Positions 50,423 to 64,000 of a stretch of 64,000 nt of DNA are shown here, one piece after another. The stretch is from Fimicolochytrium jonesii. Lineage: Eukaryota. The notes below the pieces were generated by a model. It saw only the letters and a list, made by a program, of their open reading frames with translations, did not search any database and had not been told where the DNA came from. The DNA is taken from NCBI RefSeq assembly GCF_025526975.1, contig NW_026515678.1, forward strand, positions 496,001 to 560,000, in the 5' to 3' direction. The number at the start of each line of letters is the position of its first letter. Position 1 is the first letter of the stretch. The position numbers and the translations under genes were made by a program.

Positions 50423-52900
50423 CTACCACTGTCCGTCGAACCCGACGAAACCGGTAAGCAAGAAGATGGGGAAGTACTTCTTCTTTTCGAGGGTCGAGCA
50501 CCAGTTCCATGCCGAGGTGAGACGGCCATCGATACATGAGCCAGCATCTAACACACATTGCCAAGGTCAGCTTATGCCAAATCAAAGAGTAAGACCAAAA
50601 CAAGAAAACGAAACACCTACCAAAGAAGTTATCAGCCCCACTCCCATCGAACGCATGCCTGAAGAAATCCGCAAGAATCGTCTTGACAAGCATCTCGGTC
50701 CCGCCAAACTCGCCGTCGACGTACGCGCGGATGCCTGCGTCGCGCTCGCGCACGGCAGCGATCTGCGAGAGGCAGTTGACGATGGGCAGGAGGATGCGGT
50801 AGATTTGCGTGTATTTGTCGATGAACATGAGGGCGTTGGGGACGTTCTAGGGATTTGACGACGGGATGAGATTGCGCGACTCTAGGGGGTACGGAAGCAC
50901 GCCGAACTTACGTGATCACCCAAATGGATGACAGACGACCCGACCCAATACCCAACCTTCTTCTGCGCGCGATGCAGAATCGTATGCATGATCCTCGACA
51001 CCTTCGGCGCAGCCTGCACACGGTTCAAACCCTGACCTGTATCCCTCAACCTGTACATGTTCCCCTCCGCAAGCAGATCCTGTTCAGCCAACGACCACAC
51101 CATGAACATATCGTGCATGATTTCCCTCCACAAGGTGAGCGACTGCAGCACGTAATGGTATTGCTTGGAGTGGTCGTGCGAGAGACGCGCGCCGCCGCGG
51201 CCAGCGCGGATGGCGAGCGAGAACTTGTCTTCCATGGCGTCTTCGCGGAAATAGGTTTGGAGGTACTCGATCATCTTATCGCAAGGGTCGCGGTTGACTC
51301 GCAAGAAGGCGTGGTTGTCGCCAATGGAGTACAGACATTGACGGATCTGGTCGGGTTTCAGGTCATTCGCGGCGTATTTCCGTGCAAGCTGCTCGATGGC
51401 GCGTTCTTTGAGTTTGATGTCGGCCTGCACTTGGTGTCGGCTGCGGCCGTCGGAGGTGATTTCCTGCGTCGCGATGGAGATCAGGTCATCTTGGAGGAGG
51501 GCGAGGCCGTTCTTGGTCGAGGAGAGGAGGGTGTATACGGTTTTGACGGGTTTGACGCAGGCGAACTGAAGCATTTCGCGGACTTCGGGGATTTGGGAGT
51601 CTTGGAGCATGTAGACGAGCTTGCCGTAAGTTGCCCTCATTTTCTCGGGGTTCATGATCTTGTGTCGGCGGCCGAGCTCGAAGCTGGGGTGGTTAGGGAT
51701 GGACGTTAGCCAAGTCTTTGCCTCAGCTCAATCATATACTCCGTGCCGACAACGCATGCCAACTTACATCTCCTGGAAGAAAGCTTTGTTGTTCTCGAAA
51801 TCCCTGTCCTGGAATAGGTCCTGCCCGACCTTATAATCCGCAGCAAGCACCAGCCCCGACAAGATCGCACACAACTCTTTGATCTGCGCAACGATCCGCT
51901 TGCTCTTGTTTCCATACGTCAAGATGTCGATCTTATCCGTATACTCAGAAACGCTCAGACCTGCTTCGAGGAGCCGCAGGAACTTGCGTTCTTCGAGGCT
52001 GAGACGCACAGGGATGTACTTTGAGCGCTCAAGGAACCAGTCGCCAACCGGCCGCTTGCCTGTCGGCTGAGCTTCGAGGAGTTTCCAGTCGTCTGCTCCC
52101 GCCACCCCTTCTGTTGTGGTAGCCGTTTCCTCGGGCGTACTCCTCCCCGATTTGCCCCTCTTCTGCTTCTTCTGCGACACGGGCGTCACCAACGCCTTAC
52201 TCGTATGCTTTTTCCGATTCCCCTTCCTATGCTGCGAGTGGAAACACACATCGCAGTAATCATCGGCGCACTGCTCGCAGAACACCACTGCCGGCTGATC
52301 CTCGCACTCGACGCAGTACCCCTGCGGCGCCGGCGCCGGCTTCTTCTTCTTGTTGCCCCCGTTCCGCGAGCCGCTGCCGCCCTGCACCGGCTCGGCGTCG
52401 TGCGACTCGGCGGAGGATGAGTCGCCGTCCTCGTCCGAGTTGCCCGTGTGCAGCTGCTCGACGCCGCCGTCGAGGATGTCCTCCAGACGTACGGGTTCGG
52501 CGGGCGCTACTTTCGACGGCGCAGGCCTAGCTTCGGTTTTGACTGCCGTCTGTTTGTGTTGTGTCGCTGCTGCGCGGACATCTACCTCCCTCGCTCCGAC
52601 GCCGACAGCATGATCAGGAGCGTCCACCTCCATCGGTACGTGGTTGTCGTTATGGTTGTCGTTCTGTTTGTGATCCTTCCCGTTCGCGAAAATCCCTTTC
52701 TTCCCCTTATTCCCAGCAGCAGCAGAAGCGGCAGTACGCGGCGGCGAACTCGAAGGCGAGGGCGTCGCAGACCTCACTGTCCAGTTGTCACAAGTGGCAA
52801 TGGGCCGGGCGACAAGGATAGACGACGACGAGGCGGCGGCAGCGTCGGAGTTTGCTGTTTGGTTGGCAATGTCTCCGTTGGCCGCGGCAGGCTTGTCCAT
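50423..52900 (-). CDS. UPF0652 (DUF2009) family protein with B-box-type zinc finger
   Basis: CVECEDQ..CEQC..DYCDVC..QHRKG..H; KYIPVRLSLEERKFLRLLE; MNPEKMRATYGKL; GARLSHDH; FDGSGADNF; AGSCIDGRLTSAWNWC. Confidence 0.88.
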
Positions 52901-54279
52901 AGTAGGGGATGTGGGGAAAAGTCCGTTGTGTCGTGCTGGTCGGCGAACAGTTTCTCAGGTTGTGGGAATGTGTCGTTTGCTCTGATGCTTGAAAAGTGCA
53001 AGCGAATGTAAGTTGGGGTCCATAAAAAAAAGAGGAGCGAGCCTCAGGTACAACAATACATAGTGCACATTGCCTACCAAACGTCAAGAAGCAAACTGGA
53101 GTTGGACACGGGTTTCGAAGACACAGAAATGCAGATATACGAGGACGTTGAGGCAGCTGCTTGCACCTTGCGTAGGTGGGAAGATGCGGTCGTACAGTAT
53201 GTTGTGGGAGGTCACCCACCGACAACCACTGAGCATTAGGAATGTGAACGGGACCCGCGAGGGACATTCGGTTGGCAAATTAAACAACCGCATGGTCACG
53301 TGCTTCTCCACACCACAACGCGTCAAGCCCATTCTCACTCACTCACTCACTTATTATCATTGGCGAGAAATGCAAACGGCCGATGGATGGTCGTTCTATC
53401 GACAGTGTGAACCTCTATCTGACCTCTTGGCTGTGATGGATGCCGTGTCCCTCCAACCTTCGGTATTGTTGGTGGAGCTACCCTCGGATGGGGCGCCAGG
53501 ATGGAGAAGATGGGGGGGGGCCAGTTTGGAAAAACCAGACGCGCGAAACTGTCGCCCACAGCGGAATGCCGTTTGCAATTCTCAACTCCAACATGCTATC
53601 CGCCCGGGCAGACGTTACATATGCGAACCGCGATGCCTATGTACCAGAAAGGAGTGCAAGCGGCCAAGCCTTTGCATCGATCCAGTATGTTGCTGAATTG
53701 AATATACGTAACAGACCAACAGTGGTCAGAAACATCACATCTCTAGAGACCACGCTTGAATTCTTTCTCTCGTCTTCCATCAATTGGTTCTCTCGTCTTC
53801 CATAAAATACTTTACTGTACTTTTCGAGCGTAACAGGTTCTTAGTGACTGACCGCACAGCGTTTTGAGCCGGGCTAGTCCGAGACGAGATTCAGATCTTT
53901 TGATTGCGTTGGAACACAATGCCATCGACAACGATCCCATCCCCATCCCAGCGAGAAGATGGAGGAGATGCCGAGCAAGATGATATTCGGCCCAGGCCGA
54001 AATACATTATTTTTACACACGATCAACCAGATTTTGGGCGAGATCAGATAAACGATAGAATGCGCTGTGCACGAAAGTATGTTGTCATTGATGCATTTTT
54101 CTCGATAGTATACAAGGGAAAGCGAGAGAGAGAGAATGCTTAGGGAGCTGAGAGCTCCCAACAACAGAGGGTATGCTACTATGGGAGTGAATTGAGAGGG
54201 CCGATATATGTAAGCGTTTCGAAACGCTGGCACAACTCTTGAAGGGACGACGAAGAGACTTGGAGTGGAAGGGCTTGAC

Positions 54280-55467
<1,188 letters not shown>

Positions 55468-55893
55468 ATGACTGGTCGCGGAAAGGGTGGAAAGGGTCTC
55501 GGAAAGGGTGGTGCTAAGCGTCACCGCAAGATTCTTCGTGACAACATCCAGGTAAACTACTCCGAAGCCGTTGCAGTCTCTCCCAACCACTCTCCATACC
55601 ACTCTCTAGCTCTGTACTCATCCATCCACCCCTCTCTGTCTCTCTGTCTCTCTCGTACTCCTCAGGGTATCACCAAGCCCGCTATCCGTCGTCTCGCCCG
55701 CCGTGGAGGAGTCAAGCGTATCTCCGGTCTCATCTACGAAGAAACCCGCGGTGTCCTAAAGTCCTTCCTCGAGAACGTCATCCGCGACGCCGTCACCTAC
55801 ACCGAGCACGCAAAGCGCAAGACCGTCACCTCCCTCGATGTCGTCTACGCCCTTAAGCGTCAGGGCCGTACCCTCTACGGTTTCGGTGGATAA
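55468..55893 (+). CDS. HHF1: Histone H4, 2 exons
   Basis: [38 protein letters not shown]...TLYGFGG; intron 55552-55665. Confidence 0.99.
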   Translation: MTGRGKGGKGLGKGGAKRHRKILRDNIQVNYSEAVAVSPNHSPYHSLALYSSIHPSLSLCLSRTPQGITKPAIRRLARRGGVKRISGLIYEETRGVLKSFLENVIRDAVTYTEHAKRKTVTSLDVVYALKRQGRTLYGFGG

Positions 55894-56712
55894 ATCCATT
55901 CGCTTCCGTTCTCCTCCAACTACATCCACCGCCAACCCATCCATCCACCCTCGCTTGCTTGTTGCTATCGACCCTCTCTCTCTCTACACACACACTCTTG
56001 TAATCTCCATACCCCAGCGCTTAGCAACGGTGTTTATCAACGCCAAAATTCCCCTCTCTCTCTCTCTCGCTCGCTCTTGTATAATACCATCATTGTAACT
56101 TGAGAAAAGATTGCGCACAATATCAAACTCCATGATGACAACCCATACTTTCTGTTCTTTCTCGTTTCGCTTCCGCTTTTGAATTGGCTCGGTTTGGCTG
56201 AGGTGCTTGGTTTGGGATCCGGTTTCTTCTTTCTACTCGGACCTTTGATTGGAGCCTGACCTGGTCGTCATGGTTTCCATATACTCTTCTGAACATTGCA
56301 CATGGCAAAATCTATTGTCGATACCTAGTTGACTTACCGGGACGAGCGTTTTTGCCGAGATGAAACACAAGAGGGGCCCGCGCAACGGTCATTGAGATGC
56401 CTCCCAGCCAGTACGTAGTAAAGCAAAGCGGCAAAAATGAAAAATGTGTTATTCGGCCATGCAATACATCAGCCAGACAGGGAAAAAAGGGATAGAAAAA
56501 CAAGCGGGTAAAAAGTCGATAATACATGCATGCGTAACGGTGGAAATATGAGATGCGATGCGGGGGGGTGATCGTAAAAGAATGCGGAATGGAAAATTGT
56601 TTTATCATATCAGCAGGAAAACGGGAAGGGGAAGAGAAGCGAAAGGGGGATGGGCTTGGAGATATGGGCAGGGCTAATCTTGAGATTTGGATTTGGTTCT
56701 ATGAGACGATAA

Positions 56713-59700
56713 CTACGAGGCCGGAAACGCTTTCAAGATGTAATTAAACAACGTGAGGATCTTGCCCTTATCGCCGTCCATAATATCTGCATCACCAAGT
56801 ATGAAACATCAGTCAAATTCAACCCTCAATCTCCATCCCCCCCCCCCCCCCCACCGCCATCTCATTTTTGTTTCTTACCCTGCGGCGTACAAAACCCCCC
56901 CGGCGCGATCCCCTTCTTCGCCACAAAATTTAACGCCACCGCGATATTGTCGATCTTGAGCACGGGGAGCATCGCTCGCTTATTGTACTTGCCGACACTT
57001 TCGCCCGTCGCGTCCTACAAAAATCAACCATCATCATTAATTCCATTGTTGTGGGATGCCGGAAATGACGGCTTTTGATGGTCACCTCGAGGGCGTAAAT
57101 GAGGTTCAACCCGTCGCCGAGAGACGTGTAGAGGTTGTCGACTTGGATGTTGTGGGAGTGGAGGTGCTTGTTGAGCCAGTCTAGACCGCCCTACAAAAAA
57201 GTCAAATATTGCGTATTAGCAACTGGGCCGACGAGTGGGGAAACCATTACGCCACGTACCTTCTCGATGGCCCTATCGTCTCCGCTCGTGCTTGCTTCTT
57301 TGCGTTTCAGGTTCTGTAACGGCGAGACAAGCATATTCAGATTGACGGCAAACGTAAAGAGACAAGATTATGATCGTTCCTCTTCACGTACCAAGGTTGT
57401 ACCGTTGAACAAATCAGGGTTAGACCGCAGCGGGGCACCGGTTGCTCTTCGCATGGGCGGTGAGCCGACGGGTAATTCCTTCAAACACGTGCGGGACACT
57501 GTGTCAGTTGGAGTAATCAAGTACTTCACATTTCCACAACAATGATACATACCTCCTGTGCCTCAACCTCCGCATGTAATGCTTCAGCACCCCCCTCCTC
57601 TCCCCCACTCGCCTCTCTCGAATGCCCTCTCGAAAGCGGATGCTGGCCCACAACTCCGCCATCATCCCCAATCTGATCCTGACTCGCACTCCTCCCAAAC
57701 CCACCCCCCTGCCTTCCCGTCACAGCCGCCGCAAGGGCTCCCAGTGCTCCATGGTTAGTTCCAAACATTCCCGGAATGCGGCGTGGTTTGGGTGATTCCA
57801 CCGGTGGAGCGGGTGCAGAGTCTTCCGGGATGGTTTGTTCTCCGGCGTGAGAGGGGGGGGAGGGTGAGTCGACCGAGTATGTTGATTGCGGCCGTTCGTT
57901 GATCGGAGTCTGAGCGGCGGCGTGCGAAGGGGATCCGTAATGGGAAGGCGGGCGTTCGCTGTAGTGGGATTGGGGGCGTTCGCTATACTGCGATTGTGGG
58001 CGCTCGTTGCCGCCGGCGGTGGAGGTGGAGATTTGCGAGGCGGGGCGGACGGATGGGACTGGGCGGGGGCGAGGGGTGGGGATGGGGACCGGGTGCGAGG
58101 CCGCCGCGCTGTGTTGGGAGGATTCGGAGGCCGTGTCGTCAATGTGGGAGCTGCGGCGGGGTTTGGGTGGGATCACGGGCGCCGAGGGTGAGTGGACGGG
58201 AGGAGAACCTGCACCTTCCGAGGGACTCGGAGCCGGAGCGGGGACGGGAGTGGGATAGACTCCGCTCATTCGGTGGGCCGGAGACTGCACCGGTTTCGGT
58301 GGCCGACGAGGCGCCGAGCCGTCCGAAGACGGCGAGGTGCCTTCATCCTCATGCACGGTGTTGCGGCGTTCGTTATTGTAGATGGTCGACATGGGACGCG
58401 CGGGCCGCGGCGGGGGTTGTTGGGGGTGTTCAGCGCTTATCGGCCCTTCGGGCTCTGAATACACGCTCTGACGCTGTCGGCTGCGTATGCTCGCAGTCTC
58501 GTCTGCATCTGACGCAGCGTCGTCCTTGGCAGGGCCTCTCATGACGTTCGCCAACGCGCTCATGGCGGCGTTCTGAGGGGGTCTGCGGGGCTTGGATGGA
58601 GCCTCGGAGCCTTCGGTACCTTGCGAGTCGTATCCGGATGCGTTGGATTCGGCCATGGACCCGGTCCTGCTGTGTTTGAACTCTTCCGGGTGGGCGACCT
58701 CCTCCGGCCGGGGCTGCGGGTTCACCTGCGATGGGGGACGTTGCGGCACCACGGGTGCAGGCGCAACGGGCTCCGCGCGTTCTTCTACGTGCTGAGATAC
58801 TGGTTCGGGTTCCTAAGGAATGTGTAGGTTTAGATTCAAAATGGGGGCGTATTGGTCCATTTGCCATCACGTTACCTCCACAGCATCCGCATCGTCCTGT
58901 CCATCATCCTTCGAACTACTCTTGGCCTTCTTCGGCCTCGACTTTGTCAAATGACTCAACATGCCCCTCAATCCCATCTTCGGAGACTTCTGCGCTTTAA
59001 GCTTCTCACTCGCCTTCCCAGCCGCAGCGTTTCCACCAGGCGTAAGGTGCTGAGAGGCCACATCTTCCGCGGTCGGACCATCATGGGACTCCCGGGGAGT
59101 GGAAATCGGCGTCTGCACAGCGGCGGGTGGTGCCTGTACTGATGCTGGGGCAGCGGCGGGCTGCACATCATGGTCGTACTCTGCGCCATCATGCGGTTCA
59201 TCTGTAACACCGATGCGAGCAGGTGGACGGGGCGGGATATCGGGAGTGGGTTCGTTCTCATCATTCACCCGTTCCTCTTCCTCCGGGGCCCTTTGGACTG
59301 GAGGTCGCGCGAATTTCGGTGGAGGTCCTGAGAGCATCCTGTTCAAATTGGCTGCAAGTCCACCCGGTTTGCCGGACTGAGGTGCGTCCGCAGCTCCCTG
59401 ACGCGCGACAGGTTCCTCCTCAATAGAATCCGAGCCATCCGTTGCCTCATCAGACACAGAAGTTCGCGACTTTGCAACTGGAGACCGTTCAATCGCTGGT
59501 GGGCGAGAGGGTGGGGAAGGACCGGTAGTCACAGCTCCGTGGTTCACAGCCATGCTCTTTGGTCGGGGTTTGGTAGAAAGAGGGACCTGTGGAGGTTGAG
59601 AAGGATGTACTACTTCGGACGCCGGACGAGGCCCCGAGTCGGCTACCGGACGCGGCACGGCGGCGGGGACGAAAGCTTCGGACGCTACAGATGGCGGTCT

Positions 59701-60452
59701 TGGCTGTGCCGCTGCGGCCTGTTGTGGTCTCGATTCGACAGCGGGAGGCTGAAAATCACATGGCCTCATCAGTTATCCGACTGACAGGGAAGCTACCGAA
59801 TGCGCGAGACATTGAGTCTATACCTGAGCAGGTTCAGCAATCGCCTCTAGCTTCTGAGAGACCCTCTGCACTCTCGTTGCCAGAGACTGTTCGACGGCCG
59901 TGTTTGCTGAATCGAGCATAGCGGAATACAGATCGCGCGCGCCGGTGCGGAACCGAGAGTCGATAAAGTTCAAGACGACCGCATCGAATTCCCCCACCAG
60001 GTCGATGCTTCCGGCTAGCTCGTGGAGGTTCTGCCGACACTGCTCCGCACGTTCGTCGCCTGCCAGTATAGTCATAAGCAATGTGCGTGGAGAGGGCCAC
60101 ACGTAGCAGTCATACACTCACTGTTGACGGTTGGATCCTCAGCACCCTCAGCCTCGAACACGAAGCGCACCTCATCCACCAAAGCGTCCGCCAGTTTCAC
60201 CCACTCCCTCCTAACAGCAGCATCCGCTTTCCCGACCGCATCTCTAAACGACGATTTGAGCGCACGGACCAACCGATCATCGACAGCCTTCGGTGCGTTC
60301 CTCGCCAGCCCAGTGACCGTCTGCGTCGAAGAGTCTACGTCCTCCAATACACCATTCGCAGCGCGGAGGATACTGTGACTTGCTCCGGGGGAAGACGGAG
60401 TGGACTCGGCACGAGCTATGAGGTCTTTGAGCCTCATGGCTCTCGAGGCCAT
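56713..60452 (-). CDS. Proline-rich protein with helical N-terminus and C-terminal calponin-homology (CH) domain, multi-exon
   Basis: Long Pro/Ser-rich ORFs joined by GT-AG introns; last exons splice to LDWLNKHL..VDNLYTSLGDGLNLIYALE..KIDNIAVALNF..DIMDGDKGKILTLFNYI, a CH-domain pattern. Confidence 0.75.
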
Positions 60453-61535
60453 TGCAGGGGTCGGGTACCGTCCTATTGGAGCGGAAATCGCGGAGTGAGA
60501 AATTTGGAGTCATCCAAACGTTTCATGGCCGCGAAAAAGTGCCCATTTGCCTCCCAGCCAGTCCTCCTATGTCGTCCGCCTATCCTGAAACCTACCGGCG
60601 GTCGTCGACATGATAAAGTCAGAGCCAAACCACGGTCAAGATGGAACAAGATGAACTGGTTTTCCCAGAAACGCCGCTGTACCAACAAGGATACTAGATG
60701 TGAGCAGCTCGTCGGGTGGGTATGAGAGCAAAGCCCCTGGCTCCCTCACCTCCGCAAGCACTTTCCGAAGCCGATAAGCGATCGTTGACTCTGGGGGTAT
60801 GGGATACGTTAGGGTGTGTGAGACGGTTGCTCCAGTCGAAAGCTGCTGTCGACGACCGCCCGCAAGCGATCCGCGATGAGCAGGGGGACGTCACTTCGAA
60901 TAAGGCCCCTAGGTCTAAGTCTTTGAGAATATGGCCCTGACTTGAGCGACATTCAGCAGCAGCTCCTAATCCTCTGATAAGAATGGACGCCTGACCTGCG
61001 TTTGGGGTTTAACGGGCCAATATTAAATACCCAATCGACCGGTGGTTGGCGCAAAATATAATTATTCATACCCAGCGGATATATCAGACTCCAGACTCCA
61101 CAAGTCCTGATGAGATCCAAAGAGAAACCCAGAAATGCTACTATGACACTGTGATAATTCTAAGAAAATGCGAATAGATTACAAAATTGGGGGGGGGGGG
61201 GGGGGGGTTCGGTTAAATGCAAAACGTCCAGACCAAGAACAAATGGGTGGAGGGGTATATAAAGAGAAAATAATCCCAAACGGCCAGACGGGGTGGGGTT
61301 GTATCATATGTCCCTACGCAAACTGGGGATGCCCTGTCCGGAAAATCGTTTCTTCTTGGAATGACTGGCAAGAATGTTGAGATGCTTCGCATTATGGATG
61401 GCAAGTCATGGTTGACTTGGGTGTCATTCGTGCGTTCATGTGTGTGACGCATGAATGGAGGACTTGCGTGGTGTATGCGAGTAGTGTTGGTGGAGCGAAT
61501 GAGAATCGTGGGTGGTGAGGCATGACTCTCGGCGG

Positions 61536-64000
61536 TCACCCCACAGTGGGCACCGCCAACGATTTCCGTGACCGCACGAGCTTATCAATCTTGGCAAACA
61601 GATCTGGTTTCGAGTACGGCTTGGTCACCAGGTCGTCCATCCCCACCGACAGGGCTTTCTGCAGGTACTCGTTCCGTGCATTTCCCGTAATCGCGACGAT
61701 GGGCACGCGCGCGCCGTGAGGTGTTGCTATGCCGCCGTTGGCTACTTCCAGTTGTCGGATCTCGGCGGCGGCTGTGAGGCCGTCTTTTACGGGCATCTCG
61801 AGGTCCATGAGGATGATGTCGAACTGGGACCCGATGGCTACAAACAGGTCGACTGCTTCGCCGCCGTGGTTCGCTATCCGTACTTTGTAGCCCACGTTTT
61901 CAAGCTGCTTCTTGAGGACCTTCTGGTTGACCTAAGCAAGTGAACGTGTGAGACATATGGGAAATATTAAACCCTTCTCACACCACCCGGTACTTACGAC
62001 ATTGTCCTCCACAACCATCACCAAAGATTCTTGCAAATCCGATGTCACCGACAGTGACGACGGCGTACTCCTGAACCCTTTACTAAGCGATCCAGACGAC
62101 AATTTCTGCGACAGCTTCTGCTGCGATCCATGCTTCGGCCGCGACGACCCTTCAATCGGCGTGTTCGGCGAGAAACTCCGCTTGCGCGTCTCAAGCCCCA
62201 GATGCTTCTGCGACTCGGTGGTGCGAGTCCGGTCCGGCGGATTCGCTGGTGGATCTCGCAGCTCGTACCGAATGTAGAACTTGAATGTCGTCCCAACGCC
62301 TTTGGTGCTCTCAACCAATATTTGACCGCCCTGCAGCTCGACAAGCTTCTTGGTGATGAAGAGTCCTAATCCTGAGCCGCCGAAATCGCCGTACGTTTTT
62401 ATGGCGGGTTGGGAAAAGCGACGGAATAATTGCTGTTGCTCGTCTTGGGTCATGCCGACGCCTGTATCTGATACGCTGATGGAGATGTAGATGGGTGGGC
62501 CTGGAGAGGTCACTTCGATGTCAGTGTGTTTGGCGGATTCTGAAACAAACACGCTTATGATCAGTAAGAGCGCAGATCGTCCTGACGGTCAGAAGTATGG
62601 GTATAATTACCACCAACACTAGACTCAGCATCGTCAACGTTCATCAAGTCTTCATCGAGCATCCTCGGTGCGTCGAAAGGCTGTGCAGAGCTGGCATTCA
62701 GTAAAACTTTGATCTCTCCCTTCTTGACCGGATTTGTGAAGCGCATTGCATTCGTCAACAGGTTGAGCTGTAATCGAAAGAAACAGGAGGTCAGATTCTT
62801 CGCCCACGTACAGCCCTTGCCAAATTCCACTTCCAAAAGCCAAGTATAACCCACCATGATCTGACTCAGCCTCTTCGGATCTCCACACACCCAATCAACG
62901 CCAAGCTTCTCATATTCCGGATCCACAATAAGGGACAGACTCGTGCCCTTGATCTTAGCCTCCGTCTCAAACACGCGGATCGCATTTTTGACCTCCACAT
63001 ACGGCTGGAAGCTATCGTTCGAAATATGCAGCAGGTTCATCGAGATCTTCGACACCTGCAGCACGTCGTCCGCGATGTTTTTCTGGTGGTGTGCGCACTG
63101 TATGATGGTTTCCACTGCATCAACGTCATGCGTCAGTTCCTCTTCCATTTTGTTGAGCACATTCTCCAGACTCGCCATGGATGGCTCGTTGGTCTCGCCC
63201 CACTGCATCGACCCGAGGGTTTTTCGCATCATTTGTGCTTGCCGGTTGACGTTTTGCAGAGATTCATAGACCAGATCCGCGTTGTGATATATCCCATTGA
63301 GCGGGTTTCGCAGCTCGTGGCAGGTCATGTCAATGAAAAGCTCTTGTTTCCGTTTCACAGACTCGGCCTCCTCCGCACGTCGTCGCTGGTACTTCTCCGC
63401 CATCTCCAAAGCTTCTAACCGCTCTTTCTCCAACCGCTTCCGCTCAGTCAGATCGGTGATGGTACCAAGAAGTCCTATCGACCGGCCCTCCTCGTTGTAC
63501 TCCAGGATGGTCTCTTGCAACACCCAGTGCTCGACGCCTTTGGTCTCATCGTAATACCTGAACTCTGCTGAATGGCGCGGCAACTTTAGCGCTTTCTGCC
63601 ACTCCTCTTTGGCGTGGTCGCGGTCTTCGTGGTGCACTGCGCCGAAAATCTTCTTGCCCGCTGGGTCCAGCACGCGATCGTGCATGCTGATTTCCCAGAA
63701 CTTCTCGTTGGCGTAGGTGAGGTGGCCCTTATTATTTGACTTGAAGATCCCAACTGGGCTGAGGCTCGACATGGTTTTGTACCGCCACTCCGACTCCGCA
63801 AGCTCTTTCGTCCGTTCTTGGACCCTCTTCTCCAATTCCAGTCGCAGTCGTGACACTTCTAGGTGTGATTGTACGCGTGCTTTGAGCTCCTTTCCAGAAA
63901 ACGGCTTGACTAAATAGTCATCTGCACCCATTTGCAAACCATCTACTCTCGCTTCCTCGCCCGCTCTCGCCGACAGCAGGATGACCGGTATCCCCTTCGT
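61536..64000 (-). CDS. Hybrid histidine kinase, 3' part (REC-PAS-HisKA-HATPase-REC); 5' end outside window
   Basis: [20 protein letters not shown] (REC), PVGIF..VHHEDR (PAS), CHELRNPL (H box), [40 protein letters not shown] (REC). Confidence 0.95.

Noticed and set aside
61189..61207. Poly-G run (also poly-C about 56837-56851 and CAC microsatellite about 7905-7927)
   Set aside because: Simple low-complexity tracts with no further supporting structure

Overview
This is eukaryotic, gene-dense DNA with many short GT-AG introns. It is most likely from a zoosporic (chytrid-like) fungus; this is inferred from fungal-type genes occurring together with the ciliary cargo chaperone UNC119, a cullin-2 and focadhesin. 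Recognisable spliced genes in order: UNC119, NOG1, eRF1/SUP45, a YvcK/CofD-like (UPF0052) gene, Rap1/RSR1, focadhesin/RST1, CBP4, Yta7/ATAD2-like, cullin-2-like, ZNG1/CobW, CDC45, F-box-SPRY, a UvrD-like SF1 helicase with a putative mitochondrial presequence, B-box/UPF0652, a divergent H3-H4 pair, a proline-rich CH-domain protein and the 3' part of a hybrid histidine kinase. Two accessory-looking stretches (about 10.4-16.9 kb and 25.1-28.0 kb) hold orphan or decayed ORFs; the first also holds a nonsense-disrupted PD-(D/E)xK-like gene and a 145-bp tandem duplication. The most striking unexplained signal is in three unusually long first introns (unknown gene at 1-265, NOG1, eRF1). They share a strand-specific architecture: several copies of a covarying mini-hairpin (stem-GA-2bp-loop-2bp-GA-stem), then a GTTGATGG-like repeat tract just upstream of the branch point. 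Gene models were assembled by eye and no database searches were run.
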